Of a stretch of DNA of 64,000 bases, positions 51,748-64,000 are shown piece by piece. Positions within the stretch are counted from its first letter, which is position 1, and each line of letters opens with the position of its first letter. This stretch comes from Selaginella moellendorffii (taxonomy: Eukaryota > Plantae > Lycopodiophyta). The notes under the pieces are model-generated. The model was not told the origin of the DNA, did no database searches, and worked only from the letters and a program-made list of their open reading frames with translations. A program made the translations under genes and the position numbers. The DNA is taken from positions 66,316 through 130,315 of the forward strand of contig NW_003314403.1 in assembly GCF_000143415.4 (NCBI RefSeq). The letters are read 5' to 3'.

Positions 51748-54700
51748 TGTAAGGAACCGACTCCCCGAGATGTTGTAAGCTAAAGGATCCCCGAAAGCAT
51801 GACCGAAATGACAAAGAGTTCATCGGATGGGACCGAGTCGAAGATCAAGTCCAAGACCGACTCTGAGACCGAGTTCGAGATAGAGTCCGGGATCGAGCCC
51901 GAGGCCGAATCGGAGACCAAGTCCAAAGTCGGGTCCGAGATCGAGTCCGAGATCGAGTCCGAGACCGAGTCCGAATACTAATACGGGTCAAGGGGTGAAA
52001 GCCCAAAGCGTGTGTCTCCCGGGGGGGGCTACAGGGGGTTCCAAAAGTATAGTAGGGATAGTGAGGTCCAGGAACCAGCCTTGAAAGAACTCTCCAGTGG
52101 TGCTTCCAAACTGACTTGAGGTTGAGACTGGGGCCGAGGGGCCTTGGGTGGGAGTGAGCATGGGCTTGGGTGGTGTCGGAGGGGCCACACAGGGAAGTGC
52201 TCAAAAGCAGCTCCCAATCCCGAAAGGGAAACCAACTGCGGTGCTCCTGGCTCATGTGGAGTGGTGCCCCACTTGAGTACCTTGTGGCTCATTGGTCCTC
52301 ACCCTTCCTAGGGGCTTAGGCCTTCCCTTCGGGATGGAAGTGGGGGGGTAGAGGTACCTATACCGGGCCATTAGGCCACGGTGTTTCGCCCCGATGTCCC
52401 GAAGCAAGTGTTGCACCCAAGGCTTGGGATTTAGAGGGTCCCATGATCAAGTCTTGTTGTACCAAGGGGTGTTAGGGATTTGGAGGCTTGGTGTGCTTGG
52501 CTGCTTGTGCCTGCGGGGAGTGTAACTGAACCTTAAGTCTAGTCTAACCCGGGGAGGGGGATTGGGAGAGATTTGGGAATCCGTGGATGGATGGTTAACG
52601 CTCTATTGCTCGTGCAGTGAGTAGCTGAAACTAAGTAGGACCAAGTAGGAGATGGTACAATAGGTGGGAACCTTGGCGAGGGAACTTAGCACAAGCTAAG
52701 GCAGTGTTGGTCAGATAGACGAGGTAAGCTGGGAAATTGGAAAGGAAAAATTTGTGGCTTACAATTTGGTATCAGAGCTTTCACCAAGTGTTCAGCATGC
52801 TCCTCTAGCGTCTCACTATAGGTCAGGATACTACCAGATCAGGGTAGCAGAGGAAGATGTCGAGAAGACAACCTGTCAAACCAGGTATGGGAGCTTTGAG
52901 TTTCTAGTGATGCCCTTTGGGCTATGCAATGCGCCGGTAATATTTTCGGTGTTGATGAACCATATCTTTTTACCCTATCTGGATCACTTCATGGTCGTCT
53001 ATATTGATGACATCTTGATCTATAGCGAGACACTAGAGGAGCATGCCGAACACTTGGCGAAGGTGTTTGAAAAACTAAGGGAACACAAACTGTATGCTAA
53101 AGAGAGCAAATGTGACTTTGCTCAACAAGAGGTAAAGTTTCTTGGGCATGTGGTGGGCCAAGACGGGTTCAAGGTGGACCCGGAGAAGGTCAAAGCGATC
53201 CAAGAATGGGAGCAACCAGCGAATGTACATGAGTTGAGGGCGTTCTTGGGGCTATGCAACTACTACCGAAAGTTTATTAGACACTATTCGAGAGTAGCCC
53301 TGCCCTTAACGAACCAAACAAGAAAAGGGAAGATGGTATGGACAGCGGAATGCGAGGCGGCATTCGTCCACCTCAAAGGAAAGTTGAGGAAGGCTCCCGT
53401 GTTGGCATTACCAGACTTTGGTAAGGACTTTGAGGTCGAAACGGATGCTTCAGACTTTGTGTTGGGCGCAATTTTGAAGCAAGACAACCATCCAGTAGCG
53501 TTCTTCTCGAAGAAGTTGGACAAAGCTCAACAGAAGTGGCCTGCCCACGAGAAGGAATTGTTTGCAGTGGTCAAAGCACTCAAGGAGTGGTGACACTACT
53601 TTAGGAGACACTTCAAGGTTTACATAGACAATGTGGCAACGAAACACTTCTTGTCACAGCCCGACTTGAGAGGGAAATAGGGTTGGTGGGCCAATGCCTT
53701 GGCTGAGTTTGATTGCGAGATTTTGTACAAGCCTAGGAAGAGCAACATCGTGGCAGATGTGCTGAGTTGAAAAGCGAGCTTGAAGTTGGCGATATCCAGT
53801 GCGACAACAACCTTTTGGGATGATGTGCAGACAGCATATGAGAATGATGGTCTAGCACAAGAAGTGTTGCTAAGGAATCTAGAGGCACAGGAAGCTCACT
53901 AAAGAGGTGAGCTACTAACGGAAGAGAAAACGGGCTATGCGGAACGCAACGGACTCATCTATTACAAGCAAACGAGGGTGTATGTTCCAAAAGGGGAACT
54001 AAGGAAGGTAGCCTTAGAAGAGGGTCATGACGGACCTTTTGCAGGACACAGTGGAGTGCCCAAGACGATGGGCTTACTCAAGAGGAAGTACCATTGGCCA
54101 GATATGGCTAAGGACATCCAAGACTATGTAAAAACATGTCCAACATTTCAACAGGTCAAAGCCGTGACTAAGGCTAGTGGGGGCTTGTTGCAGAGCACCC
54201 CAATTCCAAATTGTCCGTGGAAATGTCTTACAATAGACTTCATCACGGGACTTCCCCCAAGCGAGGGGTTCGATGCGATATTCGTGGTAGTGGACCGATT
54301 TTCGAAAATGGCACATTTCATACCCACCACAACGGAGGTGGATGCAGAAGGTGTGGCGAAGCTGTTCTTCAAACAAGTCGTTCGAGTGTGGGGAAGACCA
54401 AAAGAGATTATCTCAGATCGAGATAAGATCTTCACTAGTAGGTTCTAGAGGACTCTTCTGGAACAGTATCACACCAAGTTGAAATTCAGCACAGCCTATC
54501 ACCCACAGACAGGTATTGGGTATTAAGTCAAGTTTGATGGCACTAACACTTCTTGACAGACGGACAAACGGAAAGGGTGAATAGGCAGCTGAAGGATTAT
54601 TTGCAATGCTATGTCTCGGGAGACCAGACCGACTGGGTAAGTCATTTGGGACTTGTGGAAATGTGTTATAACAACTCACCACATTCAAGTATCGGGGTGA

Positions 54701-54977
54701 GTCCATGGGAAGTCATCAATGGGCGAACTATTGAAGGTTCTGTGGAACTCAGCGTGGCCGAGTATCATGGAGAGCTACCCACAGTGGAGGCATTCATGAT
54801 AGAAAGACTCAACATTTGGAATCTAGTGAGGGATTCCTTGGAACGGGCTCAACAAAAGCAAACCAAGTACATGAACTAGAAGCGCCAGGAAGTAGAGTTC
54901 CAAGCTGGGGAGAAGGTGTGGCTGAACACCAAGAACCTTAGGCTACAAAGTGGGATCAGCCGAAAGTTGACCCAAAG
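51748..54977 (+). mobile_element. Ty3/Gypsy chromovirus-like element, family B: 5' LTR 51748-52763, PBS and gag-deleted pol, interrupted by transposon copy 4
   Basis: TG...CA LTR, then TGGTATCAGAGC (tRNA-iMet PBS) at 52767-52778. RT begins within ~50 nt of the PBS. Confidence 0.85.
52820..54977 (+). pseudogene. RT (YIDD), RNase H and integrase, disrupted
   Basis: SGYYQIRV, MPFGLCNAP, VVYIDDILI, VETDASD, GHSG..YHWP..YVKTC, IDFITGLP, IISDRD and HPQT/DGQTE, with several stops. Confidence 0.92.
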
Positions 54978-55637
54978 AAGCTCTATTTCGTTAAAGTGGG
55001 ATTTATTCAGTAAAATGGGACTAGGTACAAATTTTCAAGTATTTGAAAATGACGTGAAATTATATGTTTTTTGTCCAGGGGCTAGACATATCTGGGGCAT
55101 GGTGACTAGCGCGGTGACTTTGTGTCCAGACTGAGTCCATCTGGTTGTATAATAAATCTCATTGTCAAGGTGAACAAGCCGAATCTGAAGCTAAAGAAGA
55201 GTGATGGCATGCGCGCACACACTATTTGTTTGTTCATTGAGCGTGTGGTGAGCTTTCCAAGATGAACGTCATTCCTATTAGCCAGACATATAACTTAATG
55301 GTGAGAACATTTAGATATTATTCAATGTTATCTTTTTCTAACGAATCTAATTGTGAAGGTGTAGCAAGAGGCATTGCTAGTCTGGAGAAGTCATTTAACT
55401 CATTTGACCCTTAGTGTATTTTCATGAAACTAAATAACATTCATATTATTAAGGAATTTCTCTAGTACCTTTTTTTTACGACATAGAGGCTTGCATTTCT
55501 TTCAAAGGTGATTTAGTAAAAGGCCTGAGGGCACATGCCATTCTATTTCTCAGACCGGTATTAAGATATACTAGTGCAAAGGGAAAAAGGTATTTGGTGA
55601 TCAAGTAAATGGCATGAGGGCACACGCCATTATAAGC

Positions 55638-55895
55638 CTAAGCGCTAGTGGACACCTCCTTTTTGGTACTCTCAGCGGTACTATCATCCTTCTCCGGGTC
55701 AGTTGTTTTGCTTTGGATTGTTGTCTCTGACGTTACTGGGGTGTTCTCGATAGTTGTTAATATTGCCGTTTGTTCAGAAAAATGATCACCTGGAGTATAG
55801 TACGGGGAGTTTGGAAGACTTATATATTCTACATCTTCACCTATCTCCTTCTCCGTCTCCTTTTCTGCCTCACTTACAGATTTTGTGCTTGCCAT
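55638..55895 (-). CDS. Small acidic/Thr-rich ORF (85 aa) retained only in copy 4
   Basis: MASTKSVSEAEKETEKE...KKEVSTSA*, preceded by a TTTTAG acceptor-like site. Only its last codons survive in copies 1 and 3. Confidence 0.4.
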   Translation of the reverse strand: MASTKSVSEAEKETEKEIGEDVEYISLPNSPYYTPGDHFSEQTAILTTIENTPVTSETTIQSKTTDPEKDDSTAESTKKEVSTSA

Positions 55896-56110
55896 GAGAA
55901 CGCTCTTCACCCTAAAATATGGAGTTCGTTGTGTTATAAAAGGAAACCAACACACACGCTGCAAGGGAATGATGGTACATAAAGCACGTAAGCCCACAAT
56001 ATGGGTTTATGTGCCATTAATATGGGCCACACGCCATATTATTAGATTTATGCACGTGTGATTGGTAAATGCATATGTCACATCATCTTTGTTTTACCTC
56101 ACACACTATA

Positions 56111-59100
56111 TCAAGCCTCCTCTGATTCAGATTCGGATTGTTCACCTTGAAATAAAATACATTAGAAACTTAGTAAAGGAATATTAAATCTCACCTTGAA
56201 CCCGGGTTATGAATGCTCTTGCTGCATCTCTTGCATGGTCTGGCAAGGTGATGGTGGCACTCTGCTTCCGCATCCAACCATGCACAACATTATCCACCGA
56301 TATGCTCATGCTGGGATCCCTTGGATTCAGCACCCATCTCTTTTCTAGGCAATCCTTCGTATATCCGGAACTTGGCTTGAACCACTCCACAGTTACATTG
56401 AAGGAGTTAGTTTCCGCGTCCTCCTCTGCATCAGTGATGCAGCGCCCCACCCATATCATTTGTTTTTTATTACTGGGTCTGACAAGCACGACCATTCCTT
56501 TGCAGACTTGTACTGGATTGAATGCTGAATCCGGCTTCTTGTTCCTCGGCCCACAATAGTGATCCTCAACATCGTTATCTGTCACTGCATTTCCAGAGGA
56601 CATTGTTCTGCTACTATCTGGTGCTCTGGGTTCTGGCCAAAAGGACTCTTCCAATTCTTCATATACAACCGGCCCATTTTGGATAGCAGATATAATCTTC
56701 TCCCAGTATTCGAGCAAAGGCTTGCACCTCTTAAAATAGGATTCTCCACCAAACACCAACCCCCTCTTCCAGAAGGCAATATGCTGTCTAATCCCGGCCA
56801 CTATACTTTCCTGGTCTTTGAGTCCATCCGGGTGCATCGGCCGTGGGGAACCCTGAGGAATCATAGGTTCCCCAGTTATGGGATCTCTCTTGAAGAGTTC
56901 AATGCCATCCACTGGCAGCCACACTGTGTCCCATTCTCTCATCTTGTACCTCATCACTGGAGCACCGTCACGCATGCTGAAATGAAACTGAAGAGGCTTG
57001 GAGTGGCCAATCAGCGTTTCGGATCCGTCCCTGATGTAGCCTCTTACAAACCCCTTAAAGTCTGGAACCTCTGTCACAAGTGCAGCTTCAACAGTGCCTT
57101 TGATGCAATTTTGGAATTCATCGTAGAGTTGTGGGAGGGTGAGGACATTGGATCGCCGGAGGGACTCTGCCAGGTGACTAAACATGGCATCGACATCTTC
57201 ATGAGTGTGCCCAACCATGAGAAAGCCAAGTGTAACCGTTTCAAATATGCCTTTGGCAACAAGCATCGCCAAGTACGCGAAGACGTACATGTTTTTGTTC
57301 TCACTGCCAGCATTGTCTGTTTGGAGCAGAAGATGGGGTGGAAGGCCACATCGGCCGCAAGAACTTCCTTGAGATTCTGCTTCGTTTGGATGAGGCTGTG
57401 CATTCACCGGGCGACCAGCCTCGTCGGAATGGCATGAGGCCTCACGTGATAACCCTACAATCTGACGGCCAACATATTCACTGGGATGGCATGGGGCCCC
57501 ACGCGATACTGCAAGCCTTTGCTCCTCCTCCAGCTGAACCCTGTATGGGGTTCGATCGACAAGGGCCTTATGCAAGGGTTGGCCGTTCAGCTCAGTCTGC
57601 GCACTTTGCAGAGACCTTAAGTGTTTTGCTAGGGACGCAATCATCATGTTTGCACCCCCGCCACCCCATAGAGGTACAAAGAAGTTCCCATAGTTCTGGG
57701 CACCATGCCCATGAGCGATTATGCCAAACAGAGACACAGGCAGCTGCATGGATGAAGAGATTGCCTTGGGGGCAAGATTGAGTCGAGGTAAGCACGTCTT
57801 TTTCTGGTCCATTTTGTTGTGGATGATGCAGAGGTAAGAGTCAGGTCTCTCCATGGAGAGAATCCTGTTATGATAATATGCAGTCCTGCAGCTTCTCTGC
57901 TCGATGTTGTGGTCGAGCCGCCTTCTAACCAACGTCTCTCGCTCTTGAGCGCTGCAAGAATTCTTCGACAAAGCCATTTTGATAGCAGTGCACTCGTCAC
58001 ACTTTGAAAAGCTGGAGTACTTTCCTATACTCACATCCCTGAACCTGTTGCTCCACAATCTACTAAATCTAGATTGGCTCAGCTTCCTGTAGCCATTACT
58101 CTGGAGTTCCCGATTCACATCTTCCAATATGGCCCCCTTGGTATACATGGAAGGGAGAACTCGTTGGGTGTCTCGTGTTCCATCTTCCAAGAGGCGGGTT
58201 TTATGTGGTTGCTGCTCGCTACATGTCTCGACAAACCTCTTGAAGATTGCCTCTCCATATACAACATGACCCCTGGTTTTGTGCGTACCGTCGTTCCCAT
58301 GGACTGCCTGTTGAACCCTTTGTTCCTCGAACTCAGTTTTGATTCTGTAGAATGTGGTTCGAGGGACTCCATAAATGATTCTCCATGCCTTCATGCAGAC
58401 CAAACCCCTCTGGAAGACCATGCCCCCCACCTGATGTTCTGAAGCATCAACAGATGACCGTAATGCCTCATACACAAAATTGCGAGCTGCCTTCCAGGAC
58501 AATGTCTTGTATCTTGCTCTCTCCTCTTCAATAGCATCCCAATCAGCATGTTGACAGCACCTCCTCTTGCAACAAGCAACTGTCGAGACCATTCGAACCT
58601 CCATCGCCATTTTCTGCCTTTTCGGTTCGTTGCTCAGATCCCTTTAGCTGCGCTGTAGGAAGGTGTACTTTCTTTTCCCATGAAGAGATGTTCTGTCATC
58701 AGTTGTAGTGGTGTTTGATTGTGAATCCTTCACATTCTCAAACACTAAATGCCTCAATTTCCACCGCACAATGCTTCCAATAGTCAGACTGTTTTCTTCT
58801 GTGTCAACAACCTCTAAAATTGCAACTCCAATATCATCCCAGCCCAATTCTTGATTAGCAACCGCATCTCTTGGATCGACAACTGTGGCTAAGCCCTCAG
58901 CTACCACCTCCCCCTCGGGGTTGTTTAGAAACACCTTTGCCTGAATCCATGTAGCACGGTTCTTAAGATCCACGGAGGGAACATGCGTCGCACTTGCGCT
59001 GTCCCCAACATCTGCTTTCTTCTGCAGATTTTTCAAGGCAACAACAGCATTTACCCCGACGACCATCTCTCCTCGTTCAATAGCGACCACATTCCCATCG

Positions 59101-59249
59101 AAGACAGTCTCTACTGATACAGCAGCATTGCCTTCCCCAAGCCTTTGACAGTGTATAACAAAGTTCCCATCCATAGACACAAGGGTCCCTTTTGCAACTC
59201 TCTTCCCACCATTCAAAATGTAAACCTTTTCCCCAACCCTGAAGGCCAT
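56111..59249 (-). pseudogene. Sola-like transposase, copy 4
   Basis: 201-aa and 808-aa ORFs are in frame, separated by CAA>TAA at 58644. HDKMDQ is changed to HNKMDQ. Confidence 0.9.
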
Positions 59250-59429
59250 TCTGAAAGTGCAGAAAAAAAGTTAAGACCATACAAAAAATGATTGGAGAAT
59301 GGCCTAAATCATAACATACCAAATAGCATGAGGCCACATGCCATTATTCAAACATGCTATTGACACCCACGTGAAATTTCGCATTCACAAAATTGGCATG
59401 AGCCCTCATGCCATTAGTGGTACCACTAA

Positions 59430-59619
59430 TGGCATGAGGCCTCACGCTATCTTTGGCCCTTGCTAGCCTGTTGCTATATTCCTTTTGCCTTGTTGCAACT
59501 GTATATATTTTTGTGTGTGTGACTAGTCACCCATACAAAAATATATACAGTTGCAGCAAGGCAAAAGGAATATGGCAATAGGCTAGTAGGGGCCAAAGAT
59601 GGCATGAGGCCTCATGCCA
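59430..59619. repeat. 190-bp loopless inverted repeat bounded by 20-bp palindromes
   Basis: Symmetric about GTGACT|AGTCAC (59524/59525). Confidence 0.92.
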
Positions 59620-60254
59620 TCTTGATATACACACAGCTGCAGGCAAGTAAAAACATACATGACAATACGCTAGCCATGAAATTGCAAGGGCCCAAGATGG
59701 CATGTGGCCTCATGCCATTTCTAAATGTGGTCGTAAACCATTCCATGGTGAACATACCAGGAAGCACAAGTGCCGAATATCAAGAGGAAGCGGTAGCCAC
59801 ACCAAAGATAGTGCCGCTCGCAACACCGCAACTACTCGTAGCGCCGCTCGCAACACCGCAACTGCTCGTAGCGCCGCTCGCACAAACTGCCACTCGCATA
59901 AACTGCCGCTCGCAATGGCGCTCGCAATGCCGCAACCGCTTGTAGACGCATAAACCACAGCTCGCAACGCCGCTTACACAAGCAGCGCTCACTGCGCTCA
60001 GCAGAACCAAGAACACGGCGCACAAAAATGATAGACCTAGGAATGAGTTCGAGAATTCAAAAATAACACACGCTTGAACGTCACATCAAATCCTCTGACA
60101 AACCAGATCTTATGATTCCTCTGACAAATTTCAAACTGAGTAGCTTCTAGACTTTGCTGTCGGAGGTTGAACTTTGTCACATCATGTCCTTGCCTCGATC
60201 CAGCTGTGCCATGTCAGTGATTCGAACTTTGCCATGCCATGTCAGCGATCCGCG

Positions 60255-62103
60255 CCAAGATTATTCGCCGTGTAAAGGAATAATTATGCTGTGTGTGTAC
60301 GTCCATTTATGGCAATATAAGGCCACATGCCATTCAAAGAATAATGCTAGTCGAGCATCTTTTGGTGCATTTTTGGGTTCAAAATTGCATGAGCCCACAC
60401 GCTATAAAGTTTACCTGTACCAAAAATAGAAACAGCTTTATTTACTTGGGAATTTATATGGCTGAGGCATTTTTAAACTTACAAACACATGCCCTACTTA
60501 CATTCCTTTGGTTGCTTAAAATTCAAAAATATTATAAACCTTTCTTTTTGCATTTTCAATGTTTTCAATTATGGTTTTTGATTTTCGCAGGACCAGCCTA
60601 GTAATCTATTTGCATCCCGTCATGTTTATAGCTAGCTTTCGTTTGTCCCCTTCACTAGCCTGAGATACATCTGCTCGGCATCTGCCTCTTACAGCATTTG
60701 CCCAGAAAGGGCATCTTTCTTCACGCAGCATTTGCCACATGTTTAGGGTTAGGGTTTAGGGTTTAGCAATTCAGTAGCTTGATAAACATGCAAATACAGA
60801 ACTTGATGCAAAATCCTTTGATATGTCACAATGCCCCTAGGACCATAAACACATTTCAATAGAGAGGGTCCTTTCATTTCATAACTCCTTACGTAGATCT
60901 TGGTGAAACCAGAGTTAGTGAAGTTGGTTTCTTGTGATCCCGCATCCGATTGTGATGTCCCTTTGCAGTGTCGATGGAAAGGTCAATGCACACCAAACTG
61001 TAGAATCTTGGAGCAAAATAACGGTCGGATCTATGGCAAATGCCCCTGAAACATTGTAAGGCTCGTGTGGTCTCATGTGGTGTCCGATCGAGATGCTTCT
61101 TTGCAGGGTCATCAAGAAGGACATTGTATACCATTCTGTAAAATCTGGTTGCGATCTAACGGTTGGATCTCCAGGAAACTCAAAACAATCTCGCGCGTGT
61201 CAGAATATTCTAGGAATATACTCCTATGTGCTCCAAGATTATTCGCCGTGTAAAGGAATAATTATGCTGTGTCATTTATGGCAATATAAGGCCACACGCC
61301 ATTCAAAGAATAATGCCAGTCGAGCATTTTTTGGTGCATTTTTGGGTTCAAAATTGCATGAGCCCACACGCTATAAAGTTTACCTGTACCAAAAATAGAA
61401 ACAGCTTTATTTACTTGGGAATTTAAGTGGTTGAGGCATTTTTAAACTTACAAACACATGCCCTACTTACATTCCTTTGGTTGCTTACATTCCTTTGGTT
61501 GCTAGCTTTCGTTTGTCCCCTTCACTAGCCTGAGATACATTTGCTCGGCATCTGCCTCTTACAGCATTTGCCCAGAAAGGGCATCTTTCTTCACGCAGCA
61601 TTTGCCACATGTTTAGGGTTTAGGGTTTAGGGTTTAGCAATTCAGTAGCTTGATAAACATGCAAATACAGAACTTGATGCAAAATCCTTTGATATGTCAC
61701 AATGCCCCTAGGACCATAAACACATTTCAATAGAGAGGGTCCTTTCATTTCATAACTCCTTACGTAGATTTTGGTGAAACCAGAGTTAGTGAAGTTGGTT
61801 TCTTGTGATCCCGCATCTGATTGTGATGTCCCTTTGCAGTGTCGATGGAAAGGTCAATGCACACCAAACTGTAGAATCTTGGAGCAAAATAACGGTCGGA
61901 TCTATGGCAAATGCCCCTGAAACATTGTAAGGCTCGTGTGGTCTCATGTGGTGTCCGATCGAGATGCTTCTTTGCAGGGTCATCAAGAAGGACATTGTAT
62001 ACCATTCTGTAAAATCTAGTTGTGATATAACTGTTGGATCTCCAGGAAACTCAAAACAATCTCGCGCGTGTCAGAATATTCTAGGAATATACTCCTATGT
62101 GCT
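60255..62103. repeat. Tandem duplication of the intergenic region (60255-61232 and 61233-62103)
   Basis: CCAAGATTATTCGCCG...CTCCTATGTGCT occurs twice here but once in copy 2 (copy 3 is also single-copy). Confidence 0.88.
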
Positions 62104-62858
62104 CTTGAAAATGGCATGCGGCCCCACGCCATTCAAGAGATAACGCCAGATGACGCCGAGCATTTTTTGGTGCATTTTTTGGGATCAAAATTGCATGAGC
62201 CCACATGCTTGAATGTCATCCTCTGACAATTTATTTAGCTGAACATCTGGCATTTTTGGAAATACAAGATGCTTTGGAATATCCAATCATGCATGGTATA
62301 AATATAGCGAGGGTATTAAATGATATCCCAATCATGATCTTTCTTTTGGATTTCGCGTGCATGCAGTCCGAGGAATGATGACGTTGCGGATTTCTTTTGG
62401 ATTTCACGCATGCGCGCGCCGATCCAGAAATTAATGGTGGCGCCCAAGTCCGAGAAATGATGACGTGGCGGGATTACCAACCATCGTGACATTTCGCGCG
62501 TGTGAGGTTAGGTTTTGCATTTTGCTTCGTACTCGCGCTCGCATCGCGCTCCCACTCGCGCTCCCACTTCTCTACAGGTTTCTCGTGTGCATCGGCGTCC
62601 ACTCGCGCTTGCATCACACTCGCGCTCGCATCGCGCTCGTGTGCATCGGCGTCCACTTCAAGACACACCCAGTTTGTAACTTCGCTGCCAACTCCGCCGC
62701 CCACTCTGCCACCCACACGCAGCCCACTTGGCGTCCCAGGAGATTTCAGCGCCACTCTCCAACTGTAAGTGGCAGAGTAGCCTTGCTGCTACGATCCGCT
62801 GCACACACAGTGCACATTTGCCAGCGAGTCCGGTTGTCACGCCTCCATTCGGCTTCAA

Positions 62859-64000
62859 ATGGTAAGTCTTTTAGGCCAAGTAGAAAATGGCATGAGGCCA
62901 CATGCCATTCAGTAGCAACATTGGCATGCACCGATTGGGCTCTCGAGTGCAGTCCGGTTACAGATGGCGTGTAGCCTCATGCCATCTTAGGATGCAGCCT
63001 CAAGACATCTGATGCAGTGGTGAATGGCGTGTGGCCTCACATTATTTCTAGCTGCTAGCTTTTCATCTGTCAGCTCTAATTGTTGTGCATTTCTGAACAG
63101 GCGAGGAATTGCGTTCTTCTTCCAGCCACTGTCAATGTGGATGCAGAGAAGGGGGAGGAGTTCACCAGTTGGACTTTCGGGATGGAAGGCGAGGATCTGA
63201 GGCTATACAACACAGATGGTGGGAGAAAAGAATGCATGGGGATCCTCATCCAAGTGACAGACACTCCATGCAGTTCCATGCAAGAATATGGACTGGCACT
63301 TGTGGTAGAGACAGCGTCTGCCTTCAAGATCCACCTTGCACATCCTAGCGGCTTCCCGGAGGGGGGCAGCGGCTATGAGGAATTCCTAGAGGGAGCTAGG
63401 GAGAGGTTGTCCAGGAGGCCCACAATTTCAAAGACGCTGCGGGTCTATGAAGATCACATGGAATCCACAGACCTCACCTACGGCGATGTTCAAAAACTAT
63501 ATTCCAACATTGAGCCGTTGAGAGTGACTCCAGTTCGCGAAGCAAAGGGGAAGGGGGTCGATTTGGAAACTACCTCGAAGCAGAAAAGGGTGGTCAAGCT
63601 CAAGCCGACGTCCGACTCTCCTGCTCCAAAAAAGAAGCTACTCAGTGATGCCATTGCCTCGGGTTCGAACACTACACCCACCAAAAAGAAGAGCCGCAAA
63701 GAGCAGAAAGAGCAAGAAGAGGCAGCAAAAATCGTCGCAGATAATAGTACTTGTTACTATTCCAACAAAGTATATACAATCGACGTGAGCCGTATCGACA
63801 TCCAAAGCAAATACAACCACAGGCTAGTATCTGATGAGTGGGTGGAGAAATTGAAGCAGAAGATGCTGGCAAGTCCAGTAACACCCGACATCGCAGACGT
63901 GATCCCCTACTACCGAACAATGAAGGGCGAGATGAGGTTTCCAGACTTGATCAATAGGAAGGTGTTGGATGATCAGAACATCTGGTTCTATGGCGTCTCC
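62859..64000 (+). CDS. Cargo gene, copy 4, 5' part with ParB-like domain (runs off window)
   Basis: ATG|GTAAGT...GAACAG|GCG, then a frame open to the window end that includes the 70 nt deleted in copy 3. Confidence 0.7.

Larger units (their letters stand above)
54978..64000 (-). mobile_element. Sola-like TIR DNA transposon, copy 4 (other end beyond window)
   Basis: TIR at 54978-55001 preceded by AAAG. Colinear with copy 3, plus three extra segments. Confidence 0.93.

Noticed and set aside
1-64000. Four copies as an assembly or segmental duplication artefact
   Set aside because: Each copy has distinct flanks, distinct target-site bases and private mutations.

Overview
This window is eukaryotic, land-plant-like repetitive DNA with no ordinary host gene; the 45-57 nt introns hint at a lycophyte such as Selaginella, which is inference only. 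It is dominated by four copies of one ~11.5-14 kb cut-and-paste DNA transposon with 24-bp TIRs (AAGCTCTATTTCGTTAAAGTGGGA). Two copies are complete with 4-bp TSDs (14565-26094, CCAA; 33497-45815, TAGA) and two run off the window (<1-10592; 54978->64000). The element encodes a ~1030-aa Sola-like DDD transposase. Divergently, it encodes an 11-exon cargo gene of ~1650 codons that I reconstruct by splice phase: ParB/Srx-like domain, degenerate amino-methyltransferase-like domain, acidic linker and FCP1/NIF HAD phosphatase. Each element carries about 20 copies of a 20-bp palindrome (TGGCRTGWGGCCWCAYGCCA) that I did not see in the flanks, suggesting a ParB/parS-like or VANC-like self-recognition system. 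The rest is nested LTR retrotransposon material: an RT-less Tat-like element with archaeal RNase H, two decayed chromovirus-like pol regions (one with an apparent 47-nt intron in integrase), solo LTRs of two families, and a 473-nt assembly gap. Family names come from motif recognition, not from searches.
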